DNA of 41,401 bases from an uncultured Bacteroidales bacterium (GTDB taxonomy: Bacteria > Bacteroidota > Bacteroidia > Bacteroidales > UBA4417): positions 1 to 41,401 of the forward strand of contig CAISRK010000490.1 of the NCBI GenBank assembly GCA_903887815.1, in the 5' to 3' direction. The position numbers and the translations under genes are program-made. The notes beneath the pieces were generated by a model. That model did no database searches. It was given only the letters and a program-made list of their open reading frames with translations, and had not been told where the DNA came from. Position 1 is the stretch's first letter, and each line of letters begins with the position of its first letter. Shown in pieces: positions 10,249-19,308 of this stretch.

Positions 10249-10280
10249 ACATAAAATTAAAATCGCATTAAGAATCAGCC

Positions 10281-11621
10281 ATGAAACTCTGGGACAAAGG
10301 ATTACCTGTAAATGAAATTATCGAAGCCTTTACCGTTGGCCGCGACAGGGAAATGGATCTTTACCTGGCCGGATCAGATGTGCTGGGAACCCTCGCCCAT
10401 ATTACCATGCTCGAAAGTATAGGGTTGCTCCAGAAAGAGGAATTATCCGCGCTCAGGCAGGCACTGGTTGAAATCTATAGCCAGGTCCGGACAAGGAATT
10501 TTGTTATCGAACCGGGTGTCGAAGACGTTCATTCGCAGGTTGAACTTATGCTAACGCAAAAGCTTGGTGATATGGGGAAAAAGGTACATTCCGGCCGCTC
10601 TCGCAACGACCAGGCCTTGGTCGATATTCGTCTTTATACCCGCGATAGTTTGCTGGAAATCAGCCTCGACATAAAATCACTTTTTACCGTTTTGCAGAAC
10701 CAGAGCGAAACATATAAGGAAGTCCTGTTGCCGGGATATACGCACCTCCAGGTTGCCATGCCATCGTCGTTCGGATTATGGTTTGGCGCCTATGCCGAAG
10801 CGCTGGCTGATGATCTTCAGTTGCTGGCTTCAGCCTATAAAATCAACAACCAGAACCCATTAGGTTCTGCAGCCGGATATGGGTCATCGTTCCCGCTGAA
10901 CCGCACATTGACAACGCAGCTTCTTGGTTTTGATGATTTGAATTACAACGTGGTTTATGCCCAGATGGGCCGGGGAAAGGTGGAGCGGATAGTGGCTTTT
11001 GCCCTGGCTAACATGGCTTCAACCATCAGCCGGATGGCAGGCGACCTTTGCCTTTTTACAAGCCAGAATTTTGGGTTTATTTTGCTACCCGACGAATTTA
11101 CTACCGGATCAAGCATTATGCCGCATAAGAAGAATCCCGACGTTTTTGAACTGATCCGGGCCCGTTGCAACAAACTGCAGTCCCTGCCGTTCGAAATTGG
11201 GTCCATCCTGGGCAATCTTCCATCCGGATATTTCCGTGATATGCAGATCATAAAAGAATCATTCCTGCCGGCCTTAATTGAAATTCAGACAATCCTTCAG
11301 ATTTCAGCTTTTGCCCTCGGGAAAGTGACTGTGAACACCCATATTCTCGATGATCCCAAATACACGCACCTGTTTAGTGTTGAGGAAGTTAACAGGCTGG
11401 TCCTTTCAGGAACTCCTTTCCGGGATGCTTATAAAATGATTGGCAAACAGGTTGAAGACGGAAATTTTAAGCCGGAAATGTTTGTGCATCATATCCATGA
11501 AGGAAGCATCGGGAATCTGTGTACCGATAAAATAGCTGAGAAATTTGAGAGGAATTATTCCGATTTTGATAAGGCGAAGGTTGATAGAACGAAAGCGGAT
11601 TTATTAAACGAGCAAGGCTAA
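10281..11621 (+). CDS. argH: argininosuccinate lyase
   Basis: HSGRSRNDQ, LPGYTHLQ, GSSIMPHKKNPD fumarate-lyase signature. Confidence 0.97.
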   Translation: MKLWDKGLPVNEIIEAFTVGRDREMDLYLAGSDVLGTLAHITMLESIGLLQKEELSALRQALVEIYSQVRTRNFVIEPGVEDVHSQVELMLTQKLGDMGKKVHSGRSRNDQALVDIRLYTRDSLLEISLDIKSLFTVLQNQSETYKEVLLPGYTHLQVAMPSSFGLWFGAYAEALADDLQLLASAYKINNQNPLGSAAGYGSSFPLNRTLTTQLLGFDDLNYNVVYAQMGRGKVERIVAFALANMASTISRMAGDLCLFTSQNFGFILLPDEFTTGSSIMPHKKNPDVFELIRARCNKLQSLPFEIGSILGNLPSGYFRDMQIIKESFLPALIEIQTILQISAFALGKVTVNTHILDDPKYTHLFSVEEVNRLVLSGTPFRDAYKMIGKQVEDGNFKPEMFVHHIHEGSIGNLCTDKIAEKFERNYSDFDKAKVDRTKADLLNEQG

Positions 11622-11622
11622 G

Positions 11623-11738
11623 TGATTTAAGAATATCGATCAACGATTTTTGATTTCAGAAGTGCAATGAAGTACTATTTGACAATCCGATCTTCGAAAA
11701 TCCGAAATCAGCCGTCCTTGTTCCTAAATCAAAAAAAT
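11623..11738. repeat. ~110-bp imperfect inverted-repeat intergenic element (copy B)
   Basis: TGATTTAAGAATATCGATCAACGATTTTTGATTTCAGAAG ... CTTCGAAAATCCGAAATC..TCCTTGTTCCTAAATCAAAAAAAT; begins 2 nt after the argH stop. Confidence 0.75.
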
Positions 11739-11787
11739 AGACCTTCTCCTTTGTTTTCCATACAAAACGCCCATTCCTTCCGAGAAC

Positions 11788-12852
11788 CTATAACAGGATA
11801 ATTTTCTTCTCATTATCGCTTTTCCTCGCAGCTTCGATAATCAGGAGGTTAAGTAGGGCGTCCTCAGGCTCTATGGCTATGGTTCCGCTTTCGGCAATAA
11901 CCGAATAAACATTATCGTAAAAAGCCATGTAATCGCCAGGCAATGCCAGGCAGCGGGCGCGTAATTCCTTGCCCGAAACTATTGTATTCAGAATTCCGTA
12001 TGTTGAAACAGGTTCAATCCCAAATCTCCTGCTGCCCGGTTTTTTATCTTTTTTAAGCGCGGCTTCCTGAGGATCGAGTCCATATTTAATAAATGACCCT
12101 TTTGTGCCATGCACCTGGAAACGCGGTCCTGCTTCCTTTACAAAAACGCTTGCTTTAATTGTAACATTCAGGCCGGGGTAAATAAGTCTCAGGTCAAAAC
12201 TGTCGTCGGTCACACTGCCCTCGCGCTGGTTGAACAACTGGCAGAAAACGCCTTCCGGTTTCCCGAAAAGGTTTATCGCCTGGTCGATCAGGTGGGTTCC
12301 CAGATCGAAGAGAGTACCTCCGCCTTCAGTTTGCTGGTATTTCCATGCAGCCCGCACAATCTCCGGTGCGAACCTGTCGAAACGCGATTCATAATCCACA
12401 ATTTCGCCCAGGCTGCCGTGTGCGATAATCTGTTTCAGGGTGAGGAAATCGCTGTCCCAGCGGCGGTTATGGTAAGGAAAAATGAATTTGCCGGTTTCAC
12501 CGGCTAATTTTATCAGGCTTTGCGCCTGAGTGGTACTTGCCGAAAAAGGCTTCTCAATAATTACATGTTTCCTGGCCAGCACGGCTGCTTTGGCATGTGG
12601 GTAATGCAAGGCGTTTGGAGTACAGATAACCACCAGGTCGATTGCAGGGTCAGCAAGCAGATCATCAATGGAATCTGCAATTTTTATTCCGCGATATTTG
12701 CGCGCAGCCAGGGCCTGCGATGTTGCGATGGTATGCAGGTTGAAGTTGGGATTTTCCTCAATGAAAGGAGCATGGAACACTTGCCCCGAAAGGCCGAAAC
12801 CAACGATCCCGACATTTAAAGCACTTTTGTTTTTAACTGCTTTCCTATTCAT
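11788..12852 (-). CDS. Gfo/Idh/MocA family oxidoreductase (YdgJ-like)
   Basis: GIVGFGLSGQVFHAP Rossmann motif, EKPF, HNRRWDSDF, DLGTHLIDQ, KYGLDPQE. Confidence 0.92.
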   Translation of the reverse strand: MNRKAVKNKSALNVGIVGFGLSGQVFHAPFIEENPNFNLHTIATSQALAARKYRGIKIADSIDDLLADPAIDLVVICTPNALHYPHAKAAVLARKHVIIEKPFSASTTQAQSLIKLAGETGKFIFPYHNRRWDSDFLTLKQIIAHGSLGEIVDYESRFDRFAPEIVRAAWKYQQTEGGGTLFDLGTHLIDQAINLFGKPEGVFCQLFNQREGSVTDDSFDLRLIYPGLNVTIKASVFVKEAGPRFQVHGTKGSFIKYGLDPQEAALKKDKKPGSRRFGIEPVSTYGILNTIVSGKELRARCLALPGDYMAFYDNVYSVIAESGTIAIEPEDALLNLLIIEAARKSDNEKKIILL

Positions 12853-12922
12853 TTTTATTACATTATTTCATTAAAACCGCAACTAAAATTTCATAAGCAT
12901 GCTTACCTTGCTTTTGATAATT

Positions 12923-14323
12923 TTAAAGCTCCGTTTCTTCACCAGCCTCAGGAATCCCGATATTATGGAATCCCCTTGATTCAAGTGTTGTTTTATACGC
13001 CAGCTGTGCATCATATTCACCATGCACCAGGAAAACCTTTTGAATCTGCGAGGTATCCTGGCATCCAACATAATCAGCCATTTCGTTGTAATCGCCATGC
13101 CCTGAAAATGCTTCGATCCGCTCGATTTTCGCTTTTACAGGATGACGCACTCCAAAAATGGAAACCTCGTCAGCTCCATCCAGGATGCGCGCGCCAAGTG
13201 TCCTTGGACCGCAATAGCCAACTGCCAGGATGGTATTGTTGGGATTTTCGATATTATTGGCCAGGTGATGCTTTATTCGCCCAGCTTCCATCATGCCTGA
13301 AGCGGAAATAATTACACAAGGCTTTTTATTTGCGTTCAATCGTTTCGAATCCTCCGGGCTTTTGATATAATAAAGGGAATTAAATCCGAACGGATCGGGG
13401 TCGGTGAGCATTACTTGGGCAACATCCGCATTCAGAATATCAGTGTGCAGGCGGAAAATGTCGGTAGCATTTACGGCTAATGGGCTGTCAACGTAAATAT
13501 TAACCCTGGGCAACAATCCCTGGTTAAAGAAATTATTAAGCGCATAAACTACTTCCTGGGTCCTGCCGATAGCAAATGATGGAATTATAACCTTACCACC
13601 ACGGTCGACACATGTTTCGCGGATTACCCTTAACAGTTCTGTTTCTGCCTCTTGCAGTGGCGGATGTAGCCTGTTGCCATAAGTTGATTCAGTGATCAGG
13701 TAATCGCACTGTGGAAAGGGCTCAGGCGATCTCAAAATCCGGCTCACAGGACGGCCGATATCACCGGTATAGGCGATCCGGGTGGTTTTTCCATTCTCTG
13801 TAATCTCGAGCGTAGCTGTTCCACTACCCAGCATATGGCCGGTATTTGTAAATTTGACTTTTATTTTATCGTCGATACGAAACTTTCGGTCGTAAGCAAC
13901 TCCAATAAACAGTTCCATACAGGCACGGGCATCCGTTTCTTTATAAATCGGCTCAACAGGGGTTAGCCCTTTTGCTACCCTGCGTTTATTGAACCATTTC
14001 ACGTCACCTTCCTGAATATGGCCGCTGTCGGCCAGCATTATGGCACACAGGTCGCGGGTAGCGCTGGTGCAGATTACCGAACCCCGAAAGCCCATTCTGT
14101 AGATATATGGGATAAGTCCCGAATGATCGATATGGGCATGTGTAAGAATTACATGATCAATTTCCGCCGGATTAAACATCAGGTTGCGGTTGAGAGCATC
14201 CGTATCGAGTCCTTTTCCCTGGAACATTCCGCAGTCGAGCAGTATTTTCTTGCCGCTTCCGGTGGTTAGGAGGTGCTTGCTTCCGGTAACTTCGCGGGCG
14301 GCGCCGATAAATTTTATTTTCAT
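12923..14323 (-). CDS. MBL-fold metallo-hydrolase with beta-CASP domain (putative RNase)
   Basis: GAAREVTGSKH, LDCGMFQG, THAHIDHSG, GHMLGS, ESTYG, FAIGRTQE, SGH..D, LVHGE. Confidence 0.93.
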   Translation of the reverse strand: MKIKFIGAAREVTGSKHLLTTGSGKKILLDCGMFQGKGLDTDALNRNLMFNPAEIDHVILTHAHIDHSGLIPYIYRMGFRGSVICTSATRDLCAIMLADSGHIQEGDVKWFNKRRVAKGLTPVEPIYKETDARACMELFIGVAYDRKFRIDDKIKVKFTNTGHMLGSGTATLEITENGKTTRIAYTGDIGRPVSRILRSPEPFPQCDYLITESTYGNRLHPPLQEAETELLRVIRETCVDRGGKVIIPSFAIGRTQEVVYALNNFFNQGLLPRVNIYVDSPLAVNATDIFRLHTDILNADVAQVMLTDPDPFGFNSLYYIKSPEDSKRLNANKKPCVIISASGMMEAGRIKHHLANNIENPNNTILAVGYCGPRTLGARILDGADEVSIFGVRHPVKAKIERIEAFSGHGDYNEMADYVGCQDTSQIQKVFLVHGEYDAQLAYKTTLESRGFHNIGIPEAGEETEL

Positions 14324-14540
14324 GATATAAGTGTCTTTTTAAACGAATCATCAAATTTACTTTATATAAATACACCAACCGTAAATAAATCCAGGTATCG
14401 CAACTGATCTTTTCAATCTGATAGCTGAAAAATTCGGAATCAGATTCGCTTAATAATTAAGTCAAAAACACAAATTTAACCGTTAAAATAATTTACATAT
14501 ACCATTCTTTATCAACTATTTATATGCATTAACAATATTT

Positions 14541-14630
14541 TACTCAATATATAGAGTACTTTTACTCAATATATAGGGTATTTTTACTTTATATTATGAG
14601 TATTTTTACTCAATATATTGCGTAATTTTG
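14541..14630 (+). promoter_or_regulatory. array of four phased 18-bp imperfect palindromes (22-bp period) ending in a TAATTTTG -7 promoter box
   Basis: TACTCAATATATAGAGTA 14541, TACTCAATATATAGGGTA 14563, TACTTTATATTATGAGTA 14585, TACTCAATATATTGCGTA 14607, with 4-nt T-rich spacers; TAATTTTG at 14623-14630. The regulatory role is inferred. Confidence 0.8.
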
Positions 14631-14658
14631 TGTGTGAAATTGAGTGAAATTCATTTTT

Positions 14659-15843
14659 ATGATTAAACGTACACATTTACAACTGGTTATAAGCAGGATT
14701 AAAGAAAAGAGAAGGTTTATGCAGGTGCTTGCCGGACCGCGGCAGGTTGGGAAAACCACATTGGTTTTGCAGTTACTCGAAGAACCGGGAATCCGGGGAT
14801 TGTATGTTGCCGCCGATGATATCTCGGGGATTGGACAGTCGTGGATAGAACTTCAATGGGAAACTGCGAGGCAGAAACTGAAAACGGCTGAATCAGACTC
14901 CTTTGTTCTGATCATTGATGAAATACAAAAAATCCCGAACTGGAGCGAAACCGTAAAACGCTTGTGGGATGCCGATAGCCGCGAAAACATTCCGTTGCAT
15001 GTAATTCTGCTGGGTTCTTCCAGGTTATTGCTTCAAACAGGAATGACCGAATCGCTTGCCGGCAGGTATGAAACCATGTATATCAGCCACTGGTCGCTTG
15101 CCGAAATGCGGGAAGCTTTTGGCTGGAGCGCTGATCAGTATGCCTGGTATGGAGGGTTTCCGGGAGCAGCTTCCCTGATTCCGGATGAGGGAAGATGGAA
15201 AAACTATATTAATAACTCGCTGGCTGAAACAAGCATTTCGAAAGATATCCTGATGATGTCGCGGGTTGATAAGCCGGCATTGATGAAGCGGCTTTTCGAT
15301 TTGGGTTGCTCCTATTCGGGCCAGATGCTCTCGTTCAACAAAATACTGGGTCAGTTGCTTGATGCAGGAAATACTACCACCTTGTCGCATTACCTCGGTT
15401 TGCTGGATTCAGCCGGAATGCTTGGCGGACTTGAAAAGTTTTCACGCGATAAAGCCCGGAAACGTTCGTCGAGTCCAAAGTTCCAGGTTCACAATACTGC
15501 CTTTACCAGTGCATTGCACCCGTACGATTTCCAGAGGATCATCACCGACAGGGAAAAATGGGGACGGGTTATCGAATCGTCAGTCGGGGCTCACCTGATA
15601 AACAATGCTTACTCACAGGGATATTCATTATTCTACTGGCGTGAAGGCAATTACGAAGTGGATTTCGTACTTGAACACAAAGGCCGGGTGGTAGCTCTCG
15701 AGGTAAAAAGCGGCCATAGCCTCCGCACCGCAGGAATGATGCAATTCAGGAAGTATTATCCCGACTCGAAAATAATGCTGGTCGGACGCGAAGGCATCCC
15801 CTGGGAAGAGTTTTTATTGTTAAATCCGATGAAGTTATTCTAG
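14659..15843 (+). CDS. AAA+ ATPase (AAA_14) with DUF4143 / wHTH and C-terminal PD-(D/E)xK-like domain
   Basis: Walker A GPRQVGKT, Walker B IIDEIQ, GSS, ESLAGR, GGFP; HTH-like SFNKILGQL..GNTTTLSHYLGLL; C-terminal YWR..EVDFV..ALEVKSG. Start ATG 14659 (alternative GTG 14644). Confidence 0.9.
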   Translation: MIKRTHLQLVISRIKEKRRFMQVLAGPRQVGKTTLVLQLLEEPGIRGLYVAADDISGIGQSWIELQWETARQKLKTAESDSFVLIIDEIQKIPNWSETVKRLWDADSRENIPLHVILLGSSRLLLQTGMTESLAGRYETMYISHWSLAEMREAFGWSADQYAWYGGFPGAASLIPDEGRWKNYINNSLAETSISKDILMMSRVDKPALMKRLFDLGCSYSGQMLSFNKILGQLLDAGNTTTLSHYLGLLDSAGMLGGLEKFSRDKARKRSSSPKFQVHNTAFTSALHPYDFQRIITDREKWGRVIESSVGAHLINNAYSQGYSLFYWREGNYEVDFVLEHKGRVVALEVKSGHSLRTAGMMQFRKYYPDSKIMLVGREGIPWEEFLLLNPMKLF

Positions 15844-15991
15844 CCTTTGCGAGTGATTAACAGGATCTCTATAAGCACTCATTTTACTCAGGAGTAAGTT
15901 CTACTCTGTTTGTGAAAAACTTTAATCAGTGAACAGCTTTATTAGCATATAAAAACAATACATTTGAAATTGATTCAAAAGACGGCGTAAT

Positions 15992-17224
15992 ATGGTTCTG
16001 AACTACATCTGGATTGCATTTTTTATCATAGCTTTTATCGTCGGGCTTATCCGGCTGATATTTTTCGGCGATACAGGTATATTCCCCGAAATGATGAATG
16101 GAACGTTCGATATGGCCAAAACCGGTTTCGAGATTTCGCTCGGTCTTACCGGGGTTATGACCCTTTGGATGGGGCTGATGAAAGTGGGAGAAACGGGTGG
16201 TATAGTGGCTTACATGTCGAAAGCGGTCGGGCCATTATTTCGCAAATTGTTCCCAGATATTCCCAAAGACCATCCCGCCAACGGCTCCATTATGATGAAC
16301 ATTGCCGCCAATATGCTCGGGCTCGATAATGCTGCTACCCCGCTTGGGCTTAAAGCCATGACCCAGTTACAGGAACTTAATAAAGACAAGGACACGGCCT
16401 CCAACTCCATGATCATGTTCCTGGTGCTGAATGCATCCGGGCTGACAATAATTCCTATAAGCATAATGGTTTACCGCACCCAGCTGGGTGCGGCCGACCC
16501 TTCGGATATTTTTATTCCTATACTGCTGGCAACTTTTTGCTCCACGCTCACCGGGATCATTACAGTTTCACTAATTCAGCGGATCAACCTTTTTAATAAA
16601 GTCGTTCTGTTGTATCTTGGAAGTTTTACGATATTGGTAGGATCTATTATATGGTATTTCAGTACCATTTCACAGCAGCAGGTTACAACCATTTCGGCTG
16701 TAGCCGGAAACCTGATCCTGTTCGGGATCATCTTTTCGTTTATTGTGCTGGGACTCATTAAGAAAATAAATGTTTACGATGCGTTTATCGAAGGGGCAAA
16801 AGAGGGTTTCGGAATCGCGGTTAAAATCATTCCGTACCTGGTAGCAATACTTGTTGCCGTCGGGGTTTTCCGAACGTGTGGCGCACTCGATTTCCTTGTA
16901 AAGGGCATAGGGCAGATGTTTGCCGCTATGGGTGTAAATACTGATTTTGTTGATGCTTTGCCGACTGCTTTTATGAAACCGCTGAGTGGTTCGGGTGCCC
17001 GCGGCATGATGGTGGACACCATGAAACAGTTTGGTGCCGATTCTTTTGCCGGTAGGCTTTCGTGCATCTTCCAGGGAGCGGCCGATACCACGTTCTATAT
17101 TGTTGCAGTCTATTTTGGCTCAGTCGGGATAAAAACTACCCGCTATGCTATAACTGCAGGTCTGATGGCTGACCTTGCCGGAGCAATTGCCGCAATTTTT
17201 GTGGCTTATTTATTTTTTCATTAA
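15992..17224 (+). CDS. SpmA/SpmB fusion (nucleoside recognition GATE domain) membrane protein
   Basis: ANMLGLDNAATPLGLKAM, YDAFIEGAKEG, KPLSGSGARG, DTTFY..AVYFGSVGI. Confidence 0.9.
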   Translation: MVLNYIWIAFFIIAFIVGLIRLIFFGDTGIFPEMMNGTFDMAKTGFEISLGLTGVMTLWMGLMKVGETGGIVAYMSKAVGPLFRKLFPDIPKDHPANGSIMMNIAANMLGLDNAATPLGLKAMTQLQELNKDKDTASNSMIMFLVLNASGLTIIPISIMVYRTQLGAADPSDIFIPILLATFCSTLTGIITVSLIQRINLFNKVVLLYLGSFTILVGSIIWYFSTISQQQVTTISAVAGNLILFGIIFSFIVLGLIKKINVYDAFIEGAKEGFGIAVKIIPYLVAILVAVGVFRTCGALDFLVKGIGQMFAAMGVNTDFVDALPTAFMKPLSGSGARGMMVDTMKQFGADSFAGRLSCIFQGAADTTFYIVAVYFGSVGIKTTRYAITAGLMADLAGAIAAIFVAYLFFH

Positions 17225-17255
17225 AACACCAAAGTGTTTGCAACTCAGAAAAAAC

Positions 17256-17284
17256 AAAAGGTTGCCCTTCCGGAACAACCTTTT
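17256..17284. terminator. bidirectional intrinsic terminator between convergent genes
   Basis: AAAAGGTTGCCCTTCCGGAACAACCTTTT hairpin with A and T tracts. Confidence 0.75.
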
Positions 17285-17310
17285 ACATAATAGAAATCAG
17301 GTATTTGATA

Positions 17311-19074
17311 TTAGTTTTTTATAATCCTTGAAGATGAAATAACTCCTTCTTTATCTTTTACCAGGATCATATAAAGTCCTGGCTTCAGATTATTAACAGG
17401 TATGGTAACCCGGGATCCGTTACCGCTAAGGATTCTTGTTTCGGAAATTACAAGTTGGCCGGATGCATTGACGATTATGATTTCAACATTACCAATTGCA
17501 TTCAGCATTAATGAAACCTGGTCAGCAGCCGGATTGGGATAAACCCCGGTGATCAAACCCGATTCCTTATTCTTGTTAAGCCCGGTAATTATATTCCCGT
17601 TTATAGTGAGTAAAACAACTGCTGATGGGTTTGTAGCTGACAAAACAAAGGGAGCTGTCTGAACCGTTATACCTGTAATTACAGGATTAACTTTATATTG
17701 ACCAAAAGGCAGGGAAGTAAAGCTGAAGCGTCCTTCCGGGTCGGTATAGGTAATTCGGACAGGGTTCCCGTATGCATCGAGCAGGAGGACTTCCTGTCCG
17801 CCGGCGGATATCGATTTGCCTCCGCCAAGCAGCTGCCCGCCAACGCTTCCACCACCTCCACCAATACTGTCGAAACTTACGAGGTGGATGATATATGGGT
17901 TAAAAGGTACTCCGAGCGTAACGGGGATTGCCTGTTCCCAGAAAACAACATCACCGTAATAGGTAGGCAGGAACTGATTGCCGCCTGGAAGAGAGTCGGG
18001 TGGCGGATAAGCAAGAATAAGATAAGTCCCGTTGCTGACATTCCAGAAATTATACAACCCAACCGAATCGATAAAGGTAGTTTGAACCGGGTAATAAGCA
18101 CCAGCCGGTCCTACCCCGACTAATGACACCATCCCGAAGTTGATGGGAACGTTTCCTTCCAGGACCTGCCCGCTAAGTGTCAGATTGGCGGTTGAATCAT
18201 TTACAACCAGTATCGGGGCTGCAAAGGTGGAGGAACAACCTGTTGTATCGGTTGCGGTCAAAACAACCATATAGGTACCGTCACAGCAATAGGTGTGCAG
18301 CGGGTTTTGACCGGTAGCAGTGTTTCCGTCGCCCAGGTCCCAGGTAAAATCAGTCGGGAACTGGCTTTGGGTAATTGCGGTGAAAGCCATCTCGCGGGGA
18401 TTTCCAGCTGGCGTTGCAATAAACCAGCTCGCACATCCCCCCGGAATGGAATCCATCAGCACAAGTATAAAATCGGAAGTATCGCTGCAGCCACCGGGTG
18501 TCAGGGTTTGAAGCGTAACATTGTAAATTCCCTGCTGGGCATAGGTATGTGTGGGATTTTGAATAGTGCTTGTAGTTCCGTCGCCCATTTGCCAGAAATA
18601 GGATGCTGCAAGTCCGTTAATCACACTGCCCTGAAACGAAGCCGTAAGCCCCTGGAGACCAACCAGACTGATATAATTTGCACATGGCGAAGGTGGAATA
18701 ATAGTATCGGTACAGATGGAAAAATTAGCAGTAAACGAGGATTGGGTATTGGTATATACAAAGGATTGCAGCAACCAGTTCATGGTGCAATCATAGGTCC
18801 CGGCTGTTAAAAACGCTGCGGTTCCCGGGGTGTAAGGTATCGTCAAAGTGATTGAATACAACCCCGTAGGATCGGTTAACGTTGAGTCGGTAAACGGCAC
18901 AGGGAAATTAATACTGTCGCCGAAAACTGTAAGTGCTACCATGTGACTGCCAACGGGAAACCCGGTCTGCATTTCGGTAACATGGCCTGATACCAGCAGG
19001 GTTGCGGTTTGCGGAATACCGGCTAAACCAGCAAGAATCATTGCGAAGGCGAAAAGTAATCTGATGGATTTCAT
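17311..19074 (-). CDS. secreted PKD-domain protein with T9SS type A C-terminal sorting domain
   Basis: Signal peptide MKSIRLLFAFAMILAG; two PKD repeats (WQMGDG..NPTHTY..GIYNVTL; WDLGDG..NPLHTY..GTYMVVL); Ig-like domains; YPNPA...GLYMI...RIIKN CTD. Start moved to 19074, downstream of TATCTTTG at 19144-19151. Confidence 0.88.
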   Translation of the reverse strand: MKSIRLLFAFAMILAGLAGIPQTATLLVSGHVTEMQTGFPVGSHMVALTVFGDSINFPVPFTDSTLTDPTGLYSITLTIPYTPGTAAFLTAGTYDCTMNWLLQSFVYTNTQSSFTANFSICTDTIIPPSPCANYISLVGLQGLTASFQGSVINGLAASYFWQMGDGTTSTIQNPTHTYAQQGIYNVTLQTLTPGGCSDTSDFILVLMDSIPGGCASWFIATPAGNPREMAFTAITQSQFPTDFTWDLGDGNTATGQNPLHTYCCDGTYMVVLTATDTTGCSSTFAAPILVVNDSTANLTLSGQVLEGNVPINFGMVSLVGVGPAGAYYPVQTTFIDSVGLYNFWNVSNGTYLILAYPPPDSLPGGNQFLPTYYGDVVFWEQAIPVTLGVPFNPYIIHLVSFDSIGGGGGSVGGQLLGGGKSISAGGQEVLLLDAYGNPVRITYTDPEGRFSFTSLPFGQYKVNPVITGITVQTAPFVLSATNPSAVVLLTINGNIITGLNKNKESGLITGVYPNPAADQVSLMLNAIGNVEIIIVNASGQLVISETRILSGNGSRVTIPVNNLKPGLYMILVKDKEGVISSSRIIKN

Positions 19075-19252
19075 GGTGTAATATTTTATGTGCAGAATAA
19101 TGTTTTCTTTTAAGACACACATCATCCGTAAGGGTTGCTTGCACAAAGATACATATTATATGAATTTATAGATGATTTATCCGTAAACACCTAATCAATA
19201 GGGTTTTGTTTGTTTAGTTTTATAAGCTTACAAGTCATTTAATGTGAAAAAG

Positions 19253-19281
19253 AAAAGGTTGCCTTTCCGGGACAACCTTTT
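19253..19281 (-). terminator. intrinsic terminator of pepT
   Basis: AAAAGGTTGCCTTTCCGGGACAACCTTTT, about 27 nt past the pepT stop. Confidence 0.75.
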
Positions 19282-19308
19282 CAGTAAATTCGATATGCAA
19301 TAGGCCTT

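Noticed and set aside
14541-14624. Possible mini-CRISPR array
   Set aside because: The repeats are separated by only 4 near-constant nucleotides, with no unique spacers and no cas genes.
12923-15843. MBL hydrolase plus AAA ATPase as a two-gene defence system
   Set aside because: The genes are divergent with separate -7 boxes, and the MBL protein looks like the widespread housekeeping beta-CASP family.
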